Positions 20,159-30,660 of a stretch of 64,000 nt of DNA are shown in pieces. Position 1 is the stretch's first letter, and the number at the start of each line of letters is the position of its first letter. The DNA is taken from positions 2,042-66,041 of the forward strand of contig WALU01000029.1 in NCBI GenBank assembly GCA_015522685.1. The letters run 5' to 3'. Made by a program: the position numbers and the translations under genes. The stretch is from Thermoproteota archaeon (lineage in GTDB: Archaea; Korarchaeota; Korarchaeia; Korarchaeales; Korarchaeaceae). The notes under the pieces are model-generated. The model did no database searches and was not told the origin of the DNA. It saw nothing but the letters and a program-made list of their open reading frames with translations.

Positions 20159-20583
20159 AGGGAGCTTATATTCTCATCATGAGATCGAAAGGAGTAACAT
20201 TAGATGTTGGTAAGTTAGGTAAGGTAAACATACCTAGAGGCTTGGTAGCTTACGTGGGATCGGCTAGGGGGCCTGGTGGTTTAGGGGCTAGGTTAAGTAG
20301 ACATTTTAGAAAAGGCAAGTTAAAGAGGTGGCATATCGATTACCTTACAGAGAGGGAAGAAATTGAAGTCATTGGAGCATTTGCTCTATTAGGAGGAGAC
20401 GAAAGCAGGGTTGCTTCCCTTATGATGAATGAATGTACACCTATAGTAGCTGAATTTGGCTGTTCAGATAAAAAAGATGATTTCACTCACCTCTTCTTAG
20501 TTAAAGATCTTGAGTCATTGGAGAATAGGTTAAATAAACTAGGAAAGCTGATAGAGCTCCAATTAGGAGCCAGAGAGACCTAA
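20155..20583 (+). CDS. DUF123-type GIY-YIG nuclease family protein
   Basis: KGAYIL, YVGSA.GPGGL.AR..RH, WHIDYL, FGCSD...THL. Confidence 0.82.
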   Translation: MKGAYILIMRSKGVTLDVGKLGKVNIPRGLVAYVGSARGPGGLGARLSRHFRKGKLKRWHIDYLTEREEIEVIGAFALLGGDESRVASLMMNECTPIVAEFGCSDKKDDFTHLFLVKDLESLENRLNKLGKLIELQLGARET

Positions 20584-21360
20584 ATCTTTGGGTGTCACGT
20601 AAAAAACCAACTTGTATCTGTGGTAATCCCTTATTATCTGTCTGGCTGCCTCGCTTAGATTGGGCTCTCCATCCTTAAACTTCCAGTCCCTTCTCAGCGC
20701 GAGTCGTTCCAGTATTTTAATAGGATCTTTCTCATCTATTCCATATACCTTCTTAACCAGTTTAGGATTAGAAAGTATTGCCCTCTGCAATAACGCTACA
20801 GCCACCCCTATAGAATCCCTTAGATCCTCAGGAGGATATCCATGTAATGCCATCTCGAGAGGTCCTCCTTCTGCTGGAATTATACCAGGAGAATCAAGCA
20901 GGTATAAGCTCCTATCTATCTTATAGAGCTGAAAATGCTTAGTGTATCCAGGATTCCCTGGTACGGAGCTGGTAGATGCTGAGCTATGACCCTTGAGGAC
21001 ATTTATTATAGAACTTTTCCCTACCTTCGGGAAGCCAGTTATGAATACCTCAGCTGGTAGCTGAGGCGCCTCTCTCTTTATGATCTTTCTCAATTTCAGC
21101 GTACCTAATCTCTTCCTAGCACTTATGTAAGTCGCTTTAATTCCCTCTCTCTTAAATATATCGATCCATTGATCCAAAATCTGCCTAGGAACCAGATCAG
21201 CCTTGTTTATTATCAAAAGCAATTTCTTACCCTTCCTCCTTGCTATGTCCTCTAGTTTTCTACTTCTAGTAGTCCATGGATCCCTAGCATCTATTATCTC
21301 TAGTATCAAATTAGTTTTATCCATTGCCGAGCTTATTTTCCTCCAGTTAGCTAGCTTCAT
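20563..21360 (-). CDS. Circularly permuted GTPase (RbgA/YlqF family)
   Basis: DARDP, NKAD (G4) precedes GFPKVGKSS (G1) and DSPG (G3). Confidence 0.9.
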   Translation of the reverse strand: MKLANWRKISSAMDKTNLILEIIDARDPWTTRSRKLEDIARRKGKKLLLIINKADLVPRQILDQWIDIFKREGIKATYISARKRLGTLKLRKIIKREAPQLPAEVFITGFPKVGKSSIINVLKGHSSASTSSVPGNPGYTKHFQLYKIDRSLYLLDSPGIIPAEGGPLEMALHGYPPEDLRDSIGVAVALLQRAILSNPKLVKKVYGIDEKDPIKILERLALRRDWKFKDGEPNLSEAARQIIRDYHRYKLVFYVTPKDLGLSGS

Positions 21361-21442
21361 CTCTTATACTTATAGAGTGTAGTCCAACCAACTTTATATT
21401 CCTATCGCTAAGAATTAAGGCTAGCTCTTCAGACATATATCA

Positions 21443-22483
21443 ATGAAGCTGATATATAGTCCTTTTATATCATCCTACGACTTCGGCTCTGGCCATCCAT
21501 TTAGAGGTGATCGGTTTCCATCATTCATAAGCTTTATTTTTAGAAGAAGAGAGCCCTTCGAAGTTATTGGCTACTTAGGCGATCCACCCAAGCTAGATGA
21601 TCTCACAGCTGTTCATAGCCTTAAGTACTTAGAGGAGCTGAAGAGAAAGAGCTACATGAATTATGGAATGATCTCTTTGGATACTCCAGTATTCAAGGAT
21701 ATGTGGGAAGCAGCTCTAAATCTAGTTCATTCATCTCTGTCTACAGTCAGAGTGGCCCTTAAAGATGGATCCGCCGCTGGATTCGGTGGTGCTCATCATG
21801 CCAGCATAGGCTATGGTGGAGGTTTTTGCCTTATTAACGATATTGCTGTAGCTGCTAGATGGGCCCAAAGAGAAGGGAAGGTTGAGTCCATTGCTATTTT
21901 TGATCATGATGCCCATCATGGCAATGGCACAATGGACATATTCTATGAGGATGATACAGTCCTTTACGTTAGCATACATCAAGATCCAACCACGATATAT
22001 CCAGGAGTAGGGTTCGCAAGACAAGTCGGAAAGGGAAAGGGAGAGGGATTTACTGTGAATATACCTCTCCCACCTGGAGCAGGACCTATGTCTTATAGTA
22101 TGGCATTTGAAGAGATAGTGAGACCTATCATAGACTCTTTTAACCCTGATTTACTGATAGCTCATGGAGGAAGCGATCCTCATTTCCTAGATCCTCTCAC
22201 TCAGCTTTATCAAACATTAAATGGGCTTTGGAGCATAGGAAAGTGGGTATTTGAGCTGAAAGCCAAGTTCAAGGCGGAGCTATTGATAAGTGGATATAAT
22301 CCTAAGATCAGAAACTGGGGATGGCTATCTATCCTTAGAGGATTTTCCAACATGAAGATGAGTTATAACCCGCTAGATGTGGAGGGCGAAGTTCCATTGG
22401 AAGATGGAAATATTATCAGAAGATCTAAACTCGCAATAGATGATGCTAAAGGAATATTGTCCAAGTATTGGAAGCTGTCTTAA
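21443..22483 (+). CDS. Histone-deacetylase-family (AcuC-like) amidohydrolase
   Basis: GHP, GGAHHA...GGFC.IND, DHDAHHGNG, G.D.H..DP. Confidence 0.9.
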   Translation: MKLIYSPFISSYDFGSGHPFRGDRFPSFISFIFRRREPFEVIGYLGDPPKLDDLTAVHSLKYLEELKRKSYMNYGMISLDTPVFKDMWEAALNLVHSSLSTVRVALKDGSAAGFGGAHHASIGYGGGFCLINDIAVAARWAQREGKVESIAIFDHDAHHGNGTMDIFYEDDTVLYVSIHQDPTTIYPGVGFARQVGKGKGEGFTVNIPLPPGAGPMSYSMAFEEIVRPIIDSFNPDLLIAHGGSDPHFLDPLTQLYQTLNGLWSIGKWVFELKAKFKAELLISGYNPKIRNWGWLSILRGFSNMKMSYNPLDVEGEVPLEDGNIIRRSKLAIDDAKGILSKYWKLS

Positions 22484-22537
22484 GAGTAATTTTTTACTTT
22501 AACCTGAAATCCGAGTCAATCGAGGAGGTCTCATCAA

Positions 22538-23578
22538 GTGATCAGTGTCATAATCCCAACATATAATGAGAAAGATAATCTGAACGAGTTATTCAGTAGG
22601 ATAGAAAGATCTCTCAATGGATTGAGCCACGAAATAATAATAGTTGACGATAAATCACCTGATGAGACTGCAGATAAAGTAAAAGAGTTATCTTCAAGCT
22701 ATCCTGTAAAGGTTATTGTCAGGCCAAAGAAGCTAGGTCTATCTTCAGCAGTCATGGATGGTCTGAGTATAGCTAGGGGGAATGTCATAGCTGTCATGGA
22801 TGCAGATCTCCAGCACCCCCCTGAGGTGCTTCCTACTTTGTATGAGAAGATAGAAGAGGGATGTGATATAGTTATAGCATCTAGATATATTAAAGGGGGA
22901 TCTGTGGAGAATTGGAGCTTGATTAGGAAGCTGATATCCAAGGGGTCTATAGTCCTAGCTTGGATCCTGCTTCCTCAAGTCAGATGGATTAAGGATCCAG
23001 TGTCGGGCTATTTCATGTTTAGGAGGCAGGTTATTAGAGATTGTAGGCTAAACCCTAGGGGGTTCAAGATACTTATGGAGATACTGGTTAAGGGGAATTA
23101 TTCCAGGGTATGCGAGACCCCCTACACATTTGGGCTCAGGAGAAGAGGCATATCGAAACTTGGAGCCAGCACCATCATAAGCTACGTACTTCATATTCTC
23201 GATCTCTCATCTCCAATAGTCAGGTTTGCTCTTGTGGGAGCTTTTGGTACATTGGTCAATTTAGGAGTGTTATGGATCCTTCGCTATGCCCTAGGCATAT
23301 TCCATGAGATAGCTTCAGCTTTAGCTATAGAGATATCAGTTCTAAGCAACTTTTCCTTAAATGATTTATGGACCTTTAGGAGGAAGAGAAAAGTGAGTGT
23401 TATTGAAAGCATTATAAGATATCACCTTGCAAATGCATCTGGCATATTAGTGCAGTATGCTACTTCAGTAGCTCTCTTCAAAGTTATAGGACTGGAATCC
23501 CTTACATCTCAGTTCATTGGAATAATATTCGGCTTCCTATTTAACTATGCATTGAGTAGGAAGATTGTATGGTGGTAA
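22538..23578 (+). CDS. Dolichol-phosphate mannosyltransferase (GT2) with a C-terminal GtrA-like domain
   Basis: VIIPTYNE, VDD.SPD, MDADLQHPP, DP.SG.F; C-terminal RFALVG..GTLVN...FNY. Confidence 0.88.
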   Translation: MISVIIPTYNEKDNLNELFSRIERSLNGLSHEIIIVDDKSPDETADKVKELSSSYPVKVIVRPKKLGLSSAVMDGLSIARGNVIAVMDADLQHPPEVLPTLYEKIEEGCDIVIASRYIKGGSVENWSLIRKLISKGSIVLAWILLPQVRWIKDPVSGYFMFRRQVIRDCRLNPRGFKILMEILVKGNYSRVCETPYTFGLRRRGISKLGASTIISYVLHILDLSSPIVRFALVGAFGTLVNLGVLWILRYALGIFHEIASALAIEISVLSNFSLNDLWTFRRKRKVSVIESIIRYHLANASGILVQYATSVALFKVIGLESLTSQFIGIIFGFLFNYALSRKIVWW

Positions 23579-23579
23579 A

Positions 23580-25940
23580 ATGGGGAGAACCTTCCTCTTA
23601 GGACTCGCTCTTGCTCTCCTAATAGCCACAGGTTTTTTCATAGTCACATACATGGATGTATCCTCTGGAAATTATAGAGGGGATGACTACTACGTAAGCG
23701 ATGAAGTATGGTATGCAACAGCTTCTAGAAACTTTCTGGATGAGATCCTCAACTATAATGCTGAGTATGTGAGGAATGGGTATGCATATGCAACCCTAGT
23801 CTTTTCATCCAAGAAGTATCTCGAGAATAACTTGAGCAAGATAGAGAATTACATTCATTCCTTGGAAGGGAGCATAGCAAAGTCTAACTATACAACGACT
23901 GGAGATAAGATTCCCATTTTATGGGTTAAAGTGCCCCAGTCCAACCTATCAAGGCTTAAAGAATGTAATGGAGTAACTGAAGTTAGGACGGGCTTTGAAT
24001 ATCCATCTAAGAATGGGATATATGATTACTTGAACCTAGAGCATCCACCTCTTGGTAAGTACCTGATAATGCTCTCAATGGTCCTGCTAGGAGACAGGCC
24101 TATTAGTTGGAGGATTCCTGGACTCATAGAAGCATTCTTCATGATAATATTTGCTTATTTAGCTGGCAGTAAGATGCTAAATCCATTTTGGGGGGTTGTA
24201 GCATCCCTTTCCTTAGCATTGGATCCCATGCTCAAAGCTATGAGTATGGTTGCGATGCTTGATATACACTTAGCTTTTTTCACATCCCTTGCTCTCCTCC
24301 TAGTCATCTATGATAAGCCCTTAACCGCTTCCATATTCGCATGGTTAGCTTTCTCAGTAAAATTCAGTGGATTATTCGTGGTCCTCGCAATTTACCTTTA
24401 CTTGAGGATCTACAGAAGGGAAAAAATAGCTACATCTCTGCTCAAGTCCCTTGTTCCTGCTTTATTATATCCCCTAGTTTCTATACCCTTAATACTCCAC
24501 TTTGGATTGGAAGGCTGGGTTCAAGAGAATTTAAGTGCCATTGCTTGGCACATAACCAGCAGGGGAAGCGGGCCAATACCTTCTCCACCTTGGGGCTGGT
24601 TCTTCAATGTAGCACCAATGGCCTTACATTATAATCCGGACCTCATCGCCAGAGTCAACTTGGTTAGCTACTCAATAGCTTTTCTCTTCATGATACTCCT
24701 GCTACCTGCTTTAATTGATAGAAAGAGGGATTACATACCGATGCTCTTCATAGCCTCTATCATCTTGGGATATACCGGAGTATTCATAAAGGGAAATAGA
24801 ACCCTTTATAGCTTCTATGCAGTTCAGCTATCTCCAGCAGTTGGTCTATCATTTTCTGTAGCTCTCTTCTATCTAATGGCCGAGGAGAGGGAGTTGGATG
24901 CCTATATAAGTGAGGGATGGAGGAAAATCTTTGATTGCCTTCTAGGCAGGAGTGAGGTGCCTCTCCCTGGAGAGCTATCCTTCCTTAAGGTTTTCTTAGG
25001 CATGGATCGCAGGGCTCTTGCCCTCATTATAGCAACTCTTATGTCAACTTTTTCCTCCTTAGTTCTCTACTACTTGGCTTTTCTGCCACAAAATCCAATA
25101 GTTTTGCTTAATTTAGAGGATTATGGATTATCGAATGTGCTTACAAGGTATCTAGGTCAGGTATCGACTGATATGTGGGTTAGGGGGATAGTGTATAGCT
25201 CTCTGATAATGCTATCATCCTTAATATTCTCGCTAGATTCTCAGGAATTAGCTCGTAAGATAGAGTATATGCCAATTCTAGCTCTTCTACTTTTATCAGG
25301 AGCTGATTGGACCCTTCTCTCTCTGGCTCTATCTCTTGATGGCCTCCTTTTCATAATTAGAGATAAAAGGCTTATTGGCTCGCTGATTATAGGCTTAGCT
25401 TCCGCATTAAATCCGCTAAACTTGGCATTATCTATTCCTGCAGTTTCAAAGAAGAGGAAGAGAGATCTTCTAGTCCTATTAATTGGCCTCCTCATATTCT
25501 CTCCAGTTAAAGGGTTTTTCAACTGGCCTAAAAATTCTATTGGGGGTATCTTATGGCCTCTAATCGGAAGTTACTCGGTTCTTGTCGGGGCATTAGCTGC
25601 TGCATCATTATCTATGTTATTCTTCAGGAGAGGATTTGAAGGCTCGGCAATAGCCATAGGAATATTCCTCCTGATAGCTGGTGGAAGGCCATCTTGGACC
25701 TTGATACCCCTCTCAATAGCTTCAATATCTGGAGCATCTGCAGGCCTTTCCATTCTAGAGATCTTGGCCATAATCCCGGCCCTTACCTGGTCAACCCCCG
25801 GTATGATCTCTGGACCTCTGTTCAAATGCAAACCTTCCGGTCCTACCAATCTATGCTCCGATCCATACTTATCAATGGTCATCTTCTCCATTCTGCTAAT
25901 TTACTGGGGAGTGAGGAAATATTTCGAGAGATCGCGATAG
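23580..25940 (+). CDS. Membrane protein mannosyltransferase-like GT-C with an extra C-terminal membrane domain; probable start ATG 23580
   Basis: YVSDEVWY, NLEHPPLGKY, MLDI, VKFSG, S.PWGW; about 330 additional hydrophobic residues. Confidence 0.72.
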   Translation: MGRTFLLGLALALLIATGFFIVTYMDVSSGNYRGDDYYVSDEVWYATASRNFLDEILNYNAEYVRNGYAYATLVFSSKKYLENNLSKIENYIHSLEGSIAKSNYTTTGDKIPILWVKVPQSNLSRLKECNGVTEVRTGFEYPSKNGIYDYLNLEHPPLGKYLIMLSMVLLGDRPISWRIPGLIEAFFMIIFAYLAGSKMLNPFWGVVASLSLALDPMLKAMSMVAMLDIHLAFFTSLALLLVIYDKPLTASIFAWLAFSVKFSGLFVVLAIYLYLRIYRREKIATSLLKSLVPALLYPLVSIPLILHFGLEGWVQENLSAIAWHITSRGSGPIPSPPWGWFFNVAPMALHYNPDLIARVNLVSYSIAFLFMILLLPALIDRKRDYIPMLFIASIILGYTGVFIKGNRTLYSFYAVQLSPAVGLSFSVALFYLMAEERELDAYISEGWRKIFDCLLGRSEVPLPGELSFLKVFLGMDRRALALIIATLMSTFSSLVLYYLAFLPQNPIVLLNLEDYGLSNVLTRYLGQVSTDMWVRGIVYSSLIMLSSLIFSLDSQELARKIEYMPILALLLLSGADWTLLSLALSLDGLLFIIRDKRLIGSLIIGLASALNPLNLALSIPAVSKKRKRDLLVLLIGLLIFSPVKGFFNWPKNSIGGILWPLIGSYSVLVGALAAASLSMLFFRRGFEGSAIAIGIFLLIAGGRPSWTLIPLSIASISGASAGLSILEILAIIPALTWSTPGMISGPLFKCKPSGPTNLCSDPYLSMVIFSILLIYWGVRKYFERSR

Positions 25941-26568
25941 GTAGGATTAGGATAGGATCACTGGCATCCTACTAACTGGGAGGATATACTTGACTCGGTA
26001 GGCAATTGCGAGGGCGTAGGCTTCTGCTATTCTTTCCAAAGCTCTCTTGAGGGGCTTGAGAGCCCTATTGGCCCTCTAATTTGAGGATAATGATCTTGCA
26101 TCAGATCTTATAGCCAAGAAAATAGCTGCTCTACTCTCTATATTTATTATCCAATGCCCTAATCAAGTTAATTACGTGCCTCCCCTCTGCTGGAGTATTA
26201 AGTAGGTAGGTAAGTATGTATATATGTCTTCTCACTTTCTACTAAGAGTTACCCTTTTACTTCCAAAGATTTTCTTCACGCATTAAGAGAAATCAATCTT
26301 GATTATTAGCAAATCTGATCTCTCTCCTCCTTACATTACATTACAAAATCTAGATAATTCATGTATGGGGTTTGCTCAAAGGGGTCTCCCCCTAGATCAT
26401 TGCGGAGGCCCAAGTTTACAGCTATCCATACTGAACCGTCCATACCAAGAGGACCTCGTAGTCGATCTTTCTATGAATCTATCAACCTCTAAGTCATTAC
26501 TCATATGCGTGCAAGGAAATTATTGTCAATCTTTTTTATCGATTACTATCTAAATATCTTGTGATAAT

Positions 26569-27768
26569 ATGAGCTGGTTTAGGAGAGATCTAACTAGTGA
26601 TTTAGTTTTAGTCAGAATCTTAAACACAAAGCTTGATAAATTCGAGAATTTCTGGCCCATTCCTAAGGGCACATCATACAACTTCTATGTGATCAAGGGA
26701 AGAAATGGTGTTGTTCTGATAGATGGAGCCGATTATAGGTTCTCTAATGAATTCTTTAATGCATTGAAGAGCATAGTGAAGCCTGAAGAGATAAGATACA
26801 TCGTAACGCAGCATACAGAACCAGATCACTCCGGTACGATAGCGGAGTTAATGAAGATCGCACCAGATGCTATCATATTGGGGACGAAGCAGGCCCTCTC
26901 TATAGGAGAGGCTTTAGCTGATTTTCCAATGGATAGGACCAGGGAGGTTAAGGATGGATCTGAGTTGAGCCTCGGTAATAGAACCCTGAAGTTCATCCTT
27001 GCGCCTATGGTACATTGGCCAGATACCATGCTTACTTACCTAGAGGAAGAATCTATACTCTTCACATGTGATCTGTTTGGGTCACATGGAGCTAATAGTG
27101 AGGTATTCTATGATGAGGATCCTGATGCCTTTGAGCTAATCGATTACTATGCCTCAATAATGATGCCCTTTGATAAAATGGTCTCTAAGGCTGTTGCAAA
27201 GGTTAAGGAAATATCCCCTAAAATAATAGCCCCTTCTCATGGTGCTCTTTACAGAAATATCGACCAGATAGTTTCCATATATGAGAAATGGGCCACATGG
27301 AAGCCATCTAAGAAGGCCTTAGTCGTGATCGGAAGCCAGTATGAGAATACAGCGAAAATGGCTAAAGCAGCTGCTGATGGATTAAAGGAAGCTGGCCTAG
27401 AGCCTATAGTAGTCGATAGCTCAGATGTTTACTATGACGATCTTCTGGCTTATACGCTGGAGGCCAGCGCTATTCTCGTGGCAACTGCTACTCACAATGG
27501 AAGACCTTTCTTAGGAGTCACTATATACATGGATCTACTGAAGGAATACAGGCCTAAGAATAAGGTAGCTGCTGTCCTAGGATCTTATAGCTGGGGGGGA
27601 GGGGGAACTAGGACAGTTACAAAGGAGTTTGAGAATCTAAGGATTCCTATTATAGAGGAACTGCCATTCAAGGGAAAACCGAGAGAAGAGGACCTTGTCA
27701 TGGCTAGGGAACTGGGGAAGAAGCTAGGAGGTGAGGCTTTAAGGCTGATAGGTCAGCAACAACCTTAA
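26569..27768 (+). CDS. fprA: Flavodiiron protein (FprA family, O2/NO reductase)
   Basis: SYN, HTEPDHSG, HWPDT, CDLFGSH, PSHG; flavodoxin domain with GSYSWGGG. Confidence 0.92.
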   Translation: MSWFRRDLTSDLVLVRILNTKLDKFENFWPIPKGTSYNFYVIKGRNGVVLIDGADYRFSNEFFNALKSIVKPEEIRYIVTQHTEPDHSGTIAELMKIAPDAIILGTKQALSIGEALADFPMDRTREVKDGSELSLGNRTLKFILAPMVHWPDTMLTYLEEESILFTCDLFGSHGANSEVFYDEDPDAFELIDYYASIMMPFDKMVSKAVAKVKEISPKIIAPSHGALYRNIDQIVSIYEKWATWKPSKKALVVIGSQYENTAKMAKAAADGLKEAGLEPIVVDSSDVYYDDLLAYTLEASAILVATATHNGRPFLGVTIYMDLLKEYRPKNKVAAVLGSYSWGGGGTRTVTKEFENLRIPIIEELPFKGKPREEDLVMARELGKKLGGEALRLIGQQQP

Positions 27769-28204
27769 ATGAATTTGATTCTTTATCTTAAGCTTTTAAA
27801 GAGGATTAGTGGGCTTACTATAGTGCTGGGCTTCGTTTACTTTACAGTAGGAGCTTTCTCACTTACATATTAGGGGTATATAGATGGCACATGATCTTCA
27901 TGAGAATTAGGATCATATCCTTCACTGCTGGTGTGAGTATCTCATTTTCTTCTCGCGATTTCATTGCCTATGATTTACTTAATTTTAAGCTCTTTTGGAA
28001 GCCTGTCCATCGCAATCATATCTTTAAGTGGTATACTTTATTCCTACTGAGTTAAGAAGTAATCAGATTCCTCGGCTTCTTCATTGGATATGCCTCTCTC
28101 GTAATCCTTTACTCTCCTGTCTCCCCTATAAAATATAGGATAGAACTTACCATTAAAGGTAGGTTTTCTCCTAATATTCCTACAAGCTTAGCTTGGGCGT
28201 ATTA

Positions 28205-28891
28205 TCACCCCAAGATCTCATGTATCTTGGAGGGTCTCCTCGGCACACTTATTACAACTCCCCTGACCAAACCAGACTCCCTTAGATCATCAAGTAATGC
28301 TTTATAGTCGACCTCTAGCACCTCTTCTACATTCATTGCCTTGAGGATATAGCCTTCAAGTTCGCTCAACGTTGGCATGATCATGGCGTAAAGTGGGATA
28401 TTTCCTATAAAGTCTGAGAGGGGAATTAACTCTTCAACCTTCTGTACAGGCTGTGTAACAACAAAATCGGCCCCAGCTTCTAGTTTCGTCTTGATCCTAT
28501 CATTGGGCTTCAGAGATGATGCTACTCCTATCTTTAAATCAATTTTCCACTCTTTTAGAAGGGAAATCGCTCTTATTGACTCTAAATTCGTCGGCTTTCC
28601 TATTATAGGAGGATCTCCTCCAACTAGAAGGATCCTATCTAAGCTCATCTCCCTAACTCCCATCATTTCAGATAGGAAAGATAGCTCGTTCCTATCTGTC
28701 AGCCTATAATTGGGTATGGATTTCATTCCTATAGCCTTGAGGAGAGTAGCTAGCATCAGAGATGAGGGAGCTGGCCTTCCAAAGGGAGAGTCGGGTATGG
28801 ATATGAAATCTACCTTTCCCATGAGACTAGCTACTCTCCTCAGGAATATGCTCTTCTTAGAGGGGAGTACTTCGACTCCTATTTCCATCAA
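28205..28891 (-). CDS. metF: Compact methylenetetrahydrofolate reductase
   Basis: DFISIPDSP, TDRN, LLVGGDPP, K.EAGADF.VTQ. Confidence 0.75.
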   Translation of the reverse strand: MMEIGVEVLPSKKSIFLRRVASLMGKVDFISIPDSPFGRPAPSSLMLATLLKAIGMKSIPNYRLTDRNELSFLSEMMGVREMSLDRILLVGGDPPIIGKPTNLESIRAISLLKEWKIDLKIGVASSLKPNDRIKTKLEAGADFVVTQPVQKVEELIPLSDFIGNIPLYAMIMPTLSELEGYILKAMNVEEVLEVDYKALLDDLRESGLVRGVVISVPRRPSKIHEILG

Positions 28892-30549
28892 ACCACTTCC
28901 AATACCGGGGGAACTATTTCATTTCTTCCTACATCGAACAGTCCTTTAGGCGTTAGTTTGAGCCTCGGTATCACCGGAAGGGCGAGGAAGGAGAGCTGCA
29001 TGAATGGATCCTCCAATCGACCACCAAGAGAGTGATATACTTCCTTAAGCTCTTCCTCCCCCCTAGCCACGTCATGAGCTTCAAGATCCGACATGAGTCC
29101 TCCTATGGGAAGAGGAAGCATAGCTCTCACTTTTCCTTCTGATACTATGACCTGCCCTCCTCCAAACTCCTCCAGCTTCTTTGAGGCGATGAGCATATCT
29201 TGGGCATCATTACCTATTACTATAAGGTTGTGGCTATCGTGAGCTACAGTAGAAGCCATAGCTCCTGAGAGGTTGAAGCCCCTAACGAACCCTCTACCGA
29301 CGTGGCCCGTCCTGCCATATCTCTCAACGACTGCTGCATAGAGGGTATCCCTACTTGCCTTTATCACATCTTCCTCTATAGGGAGCCATTCCTCCCTCTC
29401 CTCGGTCAGTAGGGAGCTAGTTAACTCTATTGTCCTGACCCTAGCCTTAGAACCTGATGCCTTAATAATAAAGTCATCTAAATTTAGGGCCGGCAGCTTT
29501 ATCTCGCCAATTTTCCTCTTAATTGCCCTCCTCTCAAATAGAGGCTTTCCTTCATGAGCTACAAGCTTTCCTCCTATATACACGCTAGTAGCCTCAAAGT
29601 TCTTTAGATCCCTGAGTATAGTCAAATCAGCAAGCCTGCCAGGAGCTATACCATCAAGTTCCCTTAACCCAAATCTCTCGGCGACATTTATTGTAACCAT
29701 CTGAATAGCTTCTATAGGATCTATCCCTTCTTCTAAGGATCTCCTTAGGAGATAATCTACATGTCCCTTGCTTACCAGGTCCGATGCACTCTCATCATCT
29801 GATACTAAGAGAATCCTTCTCTTCTGGGTTTTCAGGCATCTGATTATCTTCATATCCTTGGAAGCAGTCCCTTCCCTTATCATAACGTACATTCCCTTTC
29901 TCAGTTTTTCCAGCGCCTCCTCTGATGAAGTTGATTCATGATCCGATTCCACACCTCTGTATATGTAAAGGCATAGATCCAATCCCCTCACTAAGGGGGC
30001 ATGTCCATCAACTGCTTTTCTTCTCTTTCGAGCTTCATATATCTTACTTAGAACTTCTCTTTCCCCTCTTATAACGCTTGGAAAGTTCATAACCTCAGCT
30101 AATCCCACAGATTCGTTAACATCGAGCAACTTAGCTACATCGACCGGAGCGAGTTCGTTGGGCGACTCATCTGTGGGAGAAGCAGGAACACAGGAGGGGA
30201 CCATAAAGTGTATCCTTAGAGGTACTTGAGATGCTTCTTCCACCATGTAGAAGAACCCTTCTTTCCCAGCAACATTTACTATCTCATGAGGATCGGCAAA
30301 TACAGATGTAGTGCCCCTAGGAACTACAACACGAGCAAATTCAGATGGTACGAGCTTACTGCTTTCTATATGTATATGGCCGTCCTTCAGTCCCGGAACC
30401 ATTAATCCATCGACTTCTATTGTCTCTCTCGCTTCTACTTTCTCATCTGTGCAAAGAATCCTGCTGCCCTTTACTACTATATTGCCAGTTAGTATCTCTC
30501 CAGTGTAAACGTTTACATAATCTCCCTTAAGCAGAAGATCCGCTTTCAT
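28888..30549 (-). CDS. ade: Adenine deaminase; probable start ATG 30549
   Basis: DGHIHIESS, DPHEI.NV.G, DGHAP, DHE, REG, HDSHN, LSFLALPVIP.LK. Confidence 0.93.
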   Translation of the reverse strand: MKADLLLKGDYVNVYTGEILTGNIVVKGSRILCTDEKVEARETIEVDGLMVPGLKDGHIHIESSKLVPSEFARVVVPRGTTSVFADPHEIVNVAGKEGFFYMVEEASQVPLRIHFMVPSCVPASPTDESPNELAPVDVAKLLDVNESVGLAEVMNFPSVIRGEREVLSKIYEARKRRKAVDGHAPLVRGLDLCLYIYRGVESDHESTSSEEALEKLRKGMYVMIREGTASKDMKIIRCLKTQKRRILLVSDDESASDLVSKGHVDYLLRRSLEEGIDPIEAIQMVTINVAERFGLRELDGIAPGRLADLTILRDLKNFEATSVYIGGKLVAHEGKPLFERRAIKRKIGEIKLPALNLDDFIIKASGSKARVRTIELTSSLLTEEREEWLPIEEDVIKASRDTLYAAVVERYGRTGHVGRGFVRGFNLSGAMASTVAHDSHNLIVIGNDAQDMLIASKKLEEFGGGQVIVSEGKVRAMLPLPIGGLMSDLEAHDVARGEEELKEVYHSLGGRLEDPFMQLSFLALPVIPRLKLTPKGLFDVGRNEIVPPVLEVV

Positions 30550-30660
30550 ACCCGCTCGGCCAGAGTTTATGTAGGGAGATGAATTCATCATCCTAACGTC
30601 CAGTGTTTATCGTGCAAAATTAATAAACCCTTCCATGGAATAGAAAATAAGGTGTAGTTA

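Noticed and set aside
26299-26553. 84-aa plus-strand ORF upstream of fprA
   Set aside because: TTG start, no SD, no motif, and an atypical Ser/Leu-rich composition.
27769-27873. 34-aa hydrophobic ORF directly after fprA (MNLILYLKLLKRISGLTIVLGFVYFTVGAFSLTY)
   Set aside because: No SD and it lies in a decayed region; a remnant cannot be told from a real peptide.
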